Assembly: GCA_963796965.1 (NCBI GenBank) | Contig: CAWCNS010000009.1 | Location: 416,001 to 480,000, forward strand | DNA: 64,000 nucleotides | Direction of reading: 5' to 3' | Source of the DNA: Calditrichia bacterium | GTDB taxonomy: Bacteria > Calditrichota > Calditrichia > JAJRVZ01 | Part shown: one piece after another, positions 55,621-64,000 of the stretch | How positions within the stretch are numbered: position 1 is the first letter of the stretch | How the letters are laid out: each line of letters starts with the position of its first letter | Position numbers and translations under genes: made by a program | Notes under the pieces: model-generated | Seen by the model: the letters and a program-made list of their open reading frames with translations, nothing else | Told to the model about the DNA's origin: nothing | The model's database searches: none

Positions 55621-58160
55621 TTATTTATGTGTTAATACCGGATATGGTACATCATATCCTTTAACCGCATGCCAGATAATCCGATTAAATATATCTTCAT
55701 CGATTCGATCAAGATCATCCATATCTTGTTCCATGGACTTTTTCGCCCAGTGAAGCGTTTCCATTTAAACTTTCCAGAGGCGGATTCAATTCGTCAAGAC
55801 GAATATTATTGGGGATTGCTTTATAAGGAGTAAAATCCGGTGTATCGATAAAACAATCAGTCATTGGCTCTGCTGCCAAATCAAATTGATTCATAGGCGG
55901 AATTCCGAGAATATTTTCCATGGTTCGAACCATATTGATTTGCGAGTAATAGGTTGAAATAACTTCACCTCGTTTTGTATATGGACTGATGACCAATCCG
56001 ACTGTTCGGTGCCCATCTACATGATCCAGACCAGCCTGGGGATCATCTTCGGTTACAAAAATGCAGGTTTCTTTCCAGAATTTACTGTGTGAAATCGCTT
56101 CGACAATTTGTCCCAGTGCAAAATCATTATCAGCTACAGCTGCACGTGGCGTGGGCAAACCGGGACGTGTCCCGGATGTATGATCGTTTGGCAGTAACAT
56201 AATAATAAAATTTGGGAAATTGTCATTTTTTTCAAATTCTTTAAGTTCCTTAATAAATTCAGCTGCGCGATACACATCAGGTACTTTATTCGGAAATCCC
56301 ACATAGGTAGGACATAGATAAGGTTTAAGCTGTTCAAGATTTGCTTTGGCGCGGATTTTTATTTTTCCGGTTCCATTTTAAATAATCCTGATATATATCT
56401 GTAAAAGTTGCATTTTCAGGCTCAATTACGGCATCGACAAATTCACCATAATCGCGAAAGGTCAATCCATGATTCAAAACATTATCCCAGATAAATCCCG
56501 AACTTGCATATGCCAGAGCATCGTCCCCATCATAGGGATAACTGCGGGTAAAATCACCAAAAAACTTTTCAATATAATCAGTAACATAAGCTTCATCGGT
56601 CCATTGATGTCCATCAGCGCTTAAAATACCACTGCAATAATAATTATCCATTAAAACAAATGTTTCTGCCAATTTATGGTGATTCGGTGTGACCTCCCGG
56701 CCAAAATGCACCAGATTGGTATCACCGTTACCCTGTGGCAGATCACCAAACACCTGATCATAGGTACGGTTTTCTTTAATAATATACACCACATGTTTAA
56801 AATGTGATATTTGAGATGGTACTTGTGGTACAGGAACCATTGCTTTTTAATTGATTGCCCTAGGATGTTTTCAGTCATTTTTTGAACATAGGAATTATTT
56901 TGATGAACAATTTTTGTCATTCTTCAAGTTTTGTTCATCAGGCAGAGGAATAATTGAAACATTCCCTAGATGATCATGGGTATTATATCCGGCTCTGATC
57001 AGTTCTTTGATTTCGTGACCCGATGCCTTTTATATTTGCCACAAACAAAAGTTTGTTTTCTCATCCAGAATAACCGAGCCGGGATACCACCCGGTAGGAA
57101 TATATCCAACAATCTTGCTTGGAGTGCCGATTTGTATGACACAAATGGCATTATCCGTGCCATTGGCCACATAGAGATATTTGCCATCCGCTGAAATTGT
57201 CATGCATTGGGTGCACTTCCAAAAGGCAAATTCTCTTGCATATGAACAGAGATTTCTTCAATTACCTCATCAGTTGGGTATTAATTACCGAAATAATATC
57301 ACTATTGGCACAGGCAACATATAATCGGTTACGATCGGGACTTAATACCATTCCACTGGGATGTAATCCAACCTCAATATCTTTGATTTGTATTCCCTGT
57401 TTCAAATCAACAACGGAAACGGTATCCATTATTGGCAATTCCCGTTTTCGGATCGACCAACACCTGGCTGCCGGATGTGTTATAAGTGGATTCCCTTCTT
57501 CGGTCTCGCCCTCCCCAATTGCTCACATATGCTTTTGTATCGGAGACAAGCACAACATCGTAGGGGGCGATTCCAACCGGAATTTCTTTTACAGTCGTAT
57601 CACCCAGATTCACAACCCCCAGCGTATTATTTCGACTCAAGGTAACATAAATTTTATTTTCCTCTTTATTTAAAGCCAATCCTCCCGGAACCGTATTACC
57701 ACCAATAGATGGTGTTGGCAAGGTAATGGCCTTTTTCCATTGCAAGATGCGATTTTTATCCAATTCGGCTATCTGTATTTTGTTTCTCACGTCTGTTACA
57801 AATAGTTTGCGCCCATCTTTTGAAATACACAATCCGGTAAATGAACTGCCGTCTTTTTTTAACTCTAATGATTGAAGAATGGTCCGATCCTGGATGCGAA
57901 TGAGATCGATTGATCTTTTTGTTTTTTACAATAAGTAGTTTCTTATCAGGGATGAGTGCCAGATCAACCGGTCTGCCCGGAAAATAAACCTGAAATCCGG
58001 CCGGGCGCAGCAATTGGTTTGTAGGTACCAAAAAACTTCCGTCGGGTTGCGGCCCAACTTTGATATTTTTAGCATTATTTTGTGCTTCTGACTTAGTTAG
58101 GGAAAGTACCATAAGACAGATGATAAATATGAGGGGAAAAAATCTGTTCATTGAATTCAT
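55621..58160 (-). CDS. YncE/YVTN beta-propeller + phosphoesterase (alkaline-phosphatase-like) fusion; multiple frameshifts
   Basis: IPVGIAPYDV..YVSNWGG; HVVYIIKENRTYDQVFGD, SADGHQW, LPNDHT, EDDPQAGLDHVDGHR; stop at 55621. Confidence 0.9.
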
Positions 58161-58224
58161 AATTCAACTCCTATTTGGAAATATAAATATGGACATATTT
58201 GCAGTCAACTCAAGCCTTTTCAAA

Positions 58225-58590
58225 CACAAAGGACACTAAGAAGACACAAAGATCACAAAGATTTTTTTAATTTAAAAGACTTTTGTATTTGCGACTTTGC
58301 CTGAAAAACCATTATACATCAGGCACAATGTGAAATATAAAGAAAAATGATCCCAAAAATATTTAAAAATATAAAAATCGTTGCGGCTCTGCGTGAAACT
58401 AAATATTTTTTAACCACAAAGGACACCAAGAAGGCACAAAGACCACAAAGATATTTCTTATTTTAAAAACTTTCCTTTGCGCCTTTGCGTGAAAATCCAC
58501 TATACACCAGGCACAATGTGAAATATAAAGAAAAATGATCCCAAAAATATCCTAAAATATAAAAATGCGGCGTTGCGGCGCTGCGAGAAA
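58225..58590. repeat. 190-bp tandem duplication built from repeat arms
   Basis: 58225-58398 vs 58415-58590; shared core caggcacaatgtgaaatataaagaaaaatgatcccaaaaatat. Confidence 0.9.
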
Positions 58591-58650
58591 TGCAGAATTT
58601 TTTAACCATAGCAAGGAAGGCGCTGCCTAATCCAGCGGAAATCCGTGGAC

Positions 58651-59073
58651 TTATTTTTTTAACCTGGATTCGAGTTTTTTCACAAGGATATAAATCACCA
58701 GGCTTAGGGATATAATGAACGGGCCTTCACCGAAAGTCCAATTTGCCGGCATGGGTGCATTAATATCAATCCATATCATCGCCAGACCAAATACAAGACT
58801 CAGATAACAGAGTAATTTTAGAAACGGCAAATACCTGATCAGATTGAATGAGATATAAAGTATCATCACGCCATGGATGCCATAAAAAAGGGAAACCGAT
58901 CTGGCCAAATAATCCAAAATGGGTACCTGGGGTAAATGACCAAGCCCCATTTGCTGGTGCATGCTGTTCATCATTTCGTAGGGCAGAAATACGGGAATAA
59001 AGGCGGTTATCAGCATGATGCCGGATAGACGCAAAATGATAATAAGTGTATTTTCAATTATATTTTGTTTCAT
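58651..59073 (-). CDS. Hypothetical 4-TM membrane protein
   Basis: DYLARSVSLFYGIHG and W.FGEGP motifs. Confidence 0.75.
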   Translation of the reverse strand: MKQNIIENTLIIILRLSGIMLITAFIPVFLPYEMMNSMHQQMGLGHLPQVPILDYLARSVSLFYGIHGVMILYISFNLIRYLPFLKLLCYLSLVFGLAMIWIDINAPMPANWTFGEGPFIISLSLVIYILVKKLESRLKK

Positions 59074-59093
59074 AATTCCCGTCTCAATTCTTT

Positions 59094-59222
59094 AAACACA
59101 GAGAACGCAAAGTATTCTAGTCCACGAATTTCACGAATTTCCACTAATTAAAATCATATATATATTTATTAATATAAATAAAATTTCGTGTAATTCGTAT
59201 TAATTAGTGTAATTCGTGGATA
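59094..59222. repeat. CACGAATT-type inverted-repeat module
   Basis: tccacgaatttcacgaatttccactaatt ... aattcgtattaattagtgtaattcgtgga. Confidence 0.85.
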
Positions 59223-59713
59223 AATAAATGCTGTGCTGCCCGAATAGTGACAACTAGTGATATTTATTATTCAGAATTATTGCCAGCGTGGGAAATAGGA
59301 TCCAGGGGATTAAATAATAGATACTCAAAAACCAGAATACCCATAAAAAGTAAAGGCCATAGCCAAGGTATAAACCACAATACAGGCTGTCATAAATTGC
59401 ACCTCTGCTTTTAAGTCTTCGCCTCGGTCTAATGGGAGCAAGTTAATTATTCTTGATCCTTCCAATATAAAGTATGATCAATTTGTATGGCATCCTTATT
59501 TCTCCTATTTGCTGTCTTTTTTCTTTTTGTATTCTATGCCGGAATGTTTTTTCTCGTTGTTTACTATTACCATCATCTGCTACCCACTCTCGCAAAAACA
59601 ATTCAAATGTATTTATATTACTACCTGGCATCTTCGGATAATTGAAAACAAAAATCATGAGGAAAATTGGGATTAGTATATCATCTTAAAATTGGTTAGT
59701 CATGAAAGTTCCC

Positions 59714-60835
59714 TCAGAAAACGCCGTGCTCTTCCACGAGGTCGCGCATAATGGTAATCCTCTGTTCTTCGGCTCCCGGCGGGACTTGGTCGCCCGCATT
59801 AGCGATGAATCTGAAGGTCTTTTGCTTCTGCCCCAACCACTCCAGAACTTTTGCCTCGAAGTCCTCTAATGGGGTTCCGGGTAACCATAGGTCCGGTGAA
59901 ATTCCGCCGGAAAGGATGAAATCATCCCCTGCCTCCGCCCGACATTCTTCGACTGATAGATCACCCATTGGTGTGGGCGTAACAGCATCTGCGCAGTCTG
60001 CACCGGTGCTATAGATCATCTCAATGGCGCCCTTTAACTTTCCGTCGATATGAACGGCCACACACTTACCGCTACGGTGAAGGCGACGGATTGCTTCCTC
60101 ATAAAAGGGACGCGACCACTCATCGAAAAATGAAGGTGGTTGAATGTCACTGGAGAAATTGTCACCCATGATGATTACTTCTGCCGGCGATTCGCATAAC
60201 AGGTCGACAAGGTCCAGATTATTCTTATTCACGGTATCCACGACCTCATGAAGGAGATGAGGATAATCGAGTGTTGCATACACGGTAGCCTCAATACCCA
60301 TCCAGTAGTTCAGAAGGTGCCCCATGGCACTGTAACCCGGCGAAATGTACACAATCCCATCGGCTCCAACATAGTCCTGCCACTGCTTATACCTATCCCA
60401 GTGCGGGACAAATGTGCGTCTGCCCATGGCCTCTTGAAAAACCTGCAGATCTTTCTCATTACGGATTCCCCACCGGCTGATGCCCCAGGCATAGGTCTGC
60501 GCCTCCCAGGCACGTGCCCGCTCGATACAGCCCTGTGAAGTCTCAATACGCCAACAGATCTCCGGGGAACCGTTCCTGTCTCGCTTGTGGGTGGTGACCT
60601 TAACATCTTCGGGATAGGAAGTAGTGTAGAATGCGGCCAGGTTGGGCATATAGAATCCGGCACCGACCTCCTTATGAAAGTCGATCAGCTCGTACTCGGG
60701 TTCGGTGTAGGATGCTGACAGATCCCAGGGTTTTTTGTGGCGGTGATAGAACCAGTGGGATAGATCCAACATATAGGGAACGACGTCGGGCGTCTGTCCC
60801 CGGTACACAGCAAGAATTCGCTCACGCAGCGTCAT
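59714..60835 (-). CDS. Uroporphyrinogen decarboxylase / MtaA-CmuA methyltransferase superfamily protein
   Basis: MTLRERILAVYRGQTPDVVP, IIMGDNF, HIDG, LSGGI, GDQVPPG; GGAGG RBS. Confidence 0.85.
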   Translation of the reverse strand: MTLRERILAVYRGQTPDVVPYMLDLSHWFYHRHKKPWDLSASYTEPEYELIDFHKEVGAGFYMPNLAAFYTTSYPEDVKVTTHKRDRNGSPEICWRIETSQGCIERARAWEAQTYAWGISRWGIRNEKDLQVFQEAMGRRTFVPHWDRYKQWQDYVGADGIVYISPGYSAMGHLLNYWMGIEATVYATLDYPHLLHEVVDTVNKNNLDLVDLLCESPAEVIIMGDNFSSDIQPPSFFDEWSRPFYEEAIRRLHRSGKCVAVHIDGKLKGAIEMIYSTGADCADAVTPTPMGDLSVEECRAEAGDDFILSGGISPDLWLPGTPLEDFEAKVLEWLGQKQKTFRFIANAGDQVPPGAEEQRITIMRDLVEEHGVF

Positions 60836-61168
60836 GAACTCCTCCGAAGAGATCGGTGTACGGTGCTGGTAAATAATTCTTATAAACCTGATAAAATATA
60901 ATCAATTATAGATTTATTACAATAATTTTAGTATTCATCTGGCATTTAACCGTGTGGGACAATTCCAACGTGAATATCTTTCCCGGACATCGTCAGTTGA
61001 AAAGAGGATATAAAACAAATTGTGTAAATAAAAACAGACTTTAATGAACCACTTTACTTTATTAAAAACACTATACTGGCGGCTTCGGCTGCAAACGCTT
61101 ATTTAGCACTCGAACACATATCAATGTAACCAATTATAATTTAATAATTTACAAGATTATTTTACAAC

Positions 61169-62303
61169 CTAATATGAGTCATACAGGATATTCGACCATG
61201 TCATATATGCTGACACAGAAATATTGTTATTGTATACACCGTCCCAATCGTTATCAGCCGGGGATGTAGCTGACCCATCGCCATTAGTATCGCCCTTTAA
61301 GTTATCATCCCGGAAAGAAGTAAAATATACACCGGTACCATTATAATTGCCTAGGTTTGAGGTGTCGTCCCACAGCGACAAATTGCTGCCATTTGTAAAC
61401 TTGATGACCACATTGTTTCCAAGTGTCAGAACTACCCCGTCGATGATAAGCTGATTATCGTCGATCACGAATGCCACTTCAGTTTCGGCCCAGATCAGAT
61501 TTTTAGTAATATTGTCGGTTGTATTGTAAAATATCCCATTGTATGTGTTGGTCTGCGACTGATATGAAAACTGTATTGGAATCGTCGATATCGTATTCAT
61601 CTCCAATCGACAGGGGAATCACGTTGTTATAGAATAGGTTACCAGTTATAATTGTTCCGGATCGCGCTTCTGATGCATCAAGAGCTCCATAGTAAAAATC
61701 ACCACTTGGTCCACCTTTATTGTGGGCAAATGTGCAATTGGTGACGGTAGCACGGGAATCATAGAGCTCGAGGGTCGTTAGCGCGTTGTCTCCACCACCG
61801 TAATAAAACTCACAGTAATTGAAAACAGATCCTTGAGTGCCATTTGTACCAATAGACAGCCAGTCTTCGGCTGCTGGTGAAGTTGCGTTTCCGTCTTTAT
61901 TGGTATCACCCCCATGAGCGTCGTCCCTATAGGACGTAAATACTATCGGCTGGCTTGCGGTGCCGTCTGCAATGACAGTGCCGTCTCCGGACATACTCAT
62001 ATAAGGACCATCACTTGGGTGAAACTTGATGATCGTTCCCGCTTCGATTATCAGCGTTGCCTCGACGTAGAAATCCCATTTACGGATAAGATAGACGTTA
62101 CTGTTTTGCCAGGTAGTGGTTGTTTCGATATCCTCTGTAATCTCAATGATGTTCGTATCCGTATTATCTCCGGGGCTGGTGGGTTCCCCGTCTCCATCTT
62201 CGCACCCATTGATGCCTATGATCGCAACAAGTCCCAGAGAAATGATACTGGCCTTAGCGATTGAATGGAAAGTGCTGTACTTTAGCTTTCTGAATAGATT
62301 CAT
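61169..62303 (-). CDS. Lipoprotein with a right-handed beta-helix-like fold and an internal duplication (frameshift near 61570)
   Basis: INGC lipobox; [29 protein letters not shown] repeated as [15 protein letters not shown]. Confidence 0.78.
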
Positions 62304-62653
62304 CGTTTGCTCTCCTTTGTTTTGTAGGTAACATAAGGTGAGGATCAGGTTCCCCACAAGCGTAATATGCCAAACAATATGGCACTATTCAAGCAAATCC
62401 TGATTCCTAATTCCCTGTCTGAGGACCACAGTTTCCCATTCACGAATAATAATCCAGATTCCTAAAAATTTAAGGATAGCGTAATGTGGAAAATCCCTCA
62501 AATGCCCAAGCATTGCAGAGTTTTTTGCTGAGTATTTTATTCTCCGTTCTTCTGCCATTATTACCACTTCTGCTGGAGAGACGTGTTAATTGTGAACACT
62601 ACTTCACATTAATTAAAATTTTTTACCTTTTGCGGCTAAGGTAAGATTTCTTA

Positions 62654-62965
62654 AAACACAAAGGACACAAAGAATCCACAAAGGACACGGAGAAAAGATT
62701 TTTTCTATTTATTTTATCCCGGTTTGTATAGATCTATGATTATAATCTATGACTTAGATTAATCAAGATCTCAAACCCTAATTTTTGTCTTTTTTCTTTT
62801 GTCCTTTTTCTTATTCTCTGTGATCTTCGTGCCTTCTTTGTGAATTTAGTGGTAGTCTTTTTGAATTTGACCCCAATTCCCATTTCCTAATTCCTAATTC
62901 CTAATTCCTAATTACAAATTTACAAATCTTAATCTTTAATCTTTCATCTTTGATCCTTAATCTTG
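62654..62965. repeat. CACAAAG inverted module followed by heptamer tandem repeats
   Basis: aacacaaaggacacaaagaatccacaaaggacacggag / ctctgtgatcttcgtgccttctttgtgaatttagtggt; (ttcctaa)x4 then (tctttva)n. Confidence 0.8.
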
Positions 62966-62992
62966 AAGATATACAAGGATGAGGTACAAAAG

Positions 62993-64000
62993 ATGAAGGC
63001 AAAACGCAAAAGCCTGCTCACCATCATCGGACCGGGAATTCTGGTAGCCGCAACCGGGATCGGTGCAGGCGATCTGGCAACCGCTGCTTTTAGTGGATCA
63101 AAATTGGGTCTCGTCATCCTTTGGGCTGTAATCATTGGTGCTCTTTTTAAATTTGTCCTCAATGAAGGATTGGCCCGTTGGCAATTGGCCACCGGCACTA
63201 CCCTGCTTGAGGGGGCGATGAGCCGATTAGGGCGTTTTGCCCAGTATGTATTCCTGCTCTACCTTTTTGTCTGGACCTTTATGGTCGCAGCTGCTTTAAT
63301 GAGTGCCTGTGGTGTAACCGCCCATGCCATTCTTCCCCTGACCTCCGATCCTTCTACTGGTAAAATTATCTATGGTATTTTTTTCAGTTTGATCGGTCTG
63401 TTGCTGGTACGCCTGGGTGGGTATCACTTATTTGAAAAGGTGATGGGTATCAGTATTGGATTTATGTTTGTCACCGTCATCATCACCGCTATCTTGTTAA
63501 AACCGGATCTGATGGCTCTGTTTGAGGGAATTTTCCGGCCGGCTATTCCACAGGCCAATGGTGAAGGATTATCCTGGACAGTCGCCCTCATCGGTGGGGT
63601 TGGCGGTACAGTCACCATCCTTTGCTACGGTTACTGGATCCGGGAAGAAGGACGCAAAGGGATTGAAGATATTAAGAACAGTCGGATAGATCTGGCCATA
63701 TCCTATATTATGACCGCTTTGTTTGGGTTGGGAATGGTTATCATTGGCAACAGTATTGAGGTAGAGGGTCAGGGTGCTTCTCTGGTCATCCAGCTAGCAG
63801 ACAAGCTGATTGATCACCTCGGTCCTTTGGGAAAATGGGCTTTTCTTATCGGAACCTTCGGTGCTGTATTCAGCAGTCTGCTCGGTGTCTGGCAGAGTGT
63901 TCCCTATCTTTTTACAGATCTGACAGGGATCATGAAAGACAAGCAAATCCCCAGGAACCGAAAGATTGATACAAATTCCAAACCATACAGATGGTATTTA
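62993..64000 (+). CDS. NRAMP-family divalent metal transporter-like protein (partial, not in the ORF track)
   Basis: Hand translation MKAKRKSLLTIIGPGILVAATGIGAGDLATAAFSGSKLG...NEGLARWQLATG; GAGG upstream; open to the window end. Confidence 0.88.
   Translation, partial: MKAKRKSLLTIIGPGILVAATGIGAGDLATAAFSGSKLGLVILWAVIIGALFKFVLNEGLARWQLATGTTLLEGAMSRLGRFAQYVFLLYLFVWTFMVAAALMSACGVTAHAILPLTSDPSTGKIIYGIFFSLIGLLLVRLGGYHLFEKVMGISIGFMFVTVIITAILLKPDLMALFEGIFRPAIPQANGEGLSWTVALIGGVGGTVTILCYGYWIREEGRKGIEDIKNSRIDLAISYIMTALFGLGMVIIGNSIEVEGQGASLVIQLADKLIDHLGPLGKWAFLIGTFGAVFSSLLGVWQSVPYLFTDLTGIMKDKQIPRNRKIDTNSKPYRWYL

Noticed and set aside
61068..61135. Possible attC-like site (actatactggcggcttcggctgcaaacgc)
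   Set aside because: No complementary arm or RYYYAAC/GTTRRRY pair found, and no integron integrase.
62358..62376. Second sigma54 promoter (TTGGCATATTACGC on the minus strand)
   Set aside because: GG-to-GC spacing is 8 rather than the required 10.
62591..62608. TGTGAA-N6-TTCACA as a CRP or Rex site
   Set aside because: Spacing fits neither CRP (TGTGA-N6-TCACA) nor Rex (TTGTGAA-N4-TTCACAA); it is a short palindrome in AT-rich DNA.

Overview
AT-rich bacterial window (likely a polysaccharide-degrading sediment lineage such as Calditrichota/KSB1; this is inference) with many indel-type frameshifts that look like uncorrected long-read errors. About 40 genes, roughly 80% on the minus strand and functionally mixed: five Cys-type sulfatases, GH2, GH16, GH78, a BNR/sialidase-like protein, phosphoesterases, class III cyclases, acyl-CoA dehydrogenase and Fe-S proteins. 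There is also a sigma54 activator divergent from an oxidoreductase cluster (its -24/-12 promoter and palindromic enhancer are visible), an RND efflux operon whose TolC carries an N-terminal substrate-binding domain, and a partial NRAMP gene. The most distinctive signal is non-coding. Most intergenic spaces hold modular, roughly 9-nt-periodic inverted-repeat arms and other palindromic elements. These nest inside each other, carry 19-44 bp insertions, supply C-terminal tails and apparently one ribosome-binding site, and sit at a gene-fragment breakpoint. A 50-bp direct repeat brackets an inverted 1.5-kb insert. No integrase, transposase, reverse transcriptase, CRISPR array, rRNA or tRNA was found.
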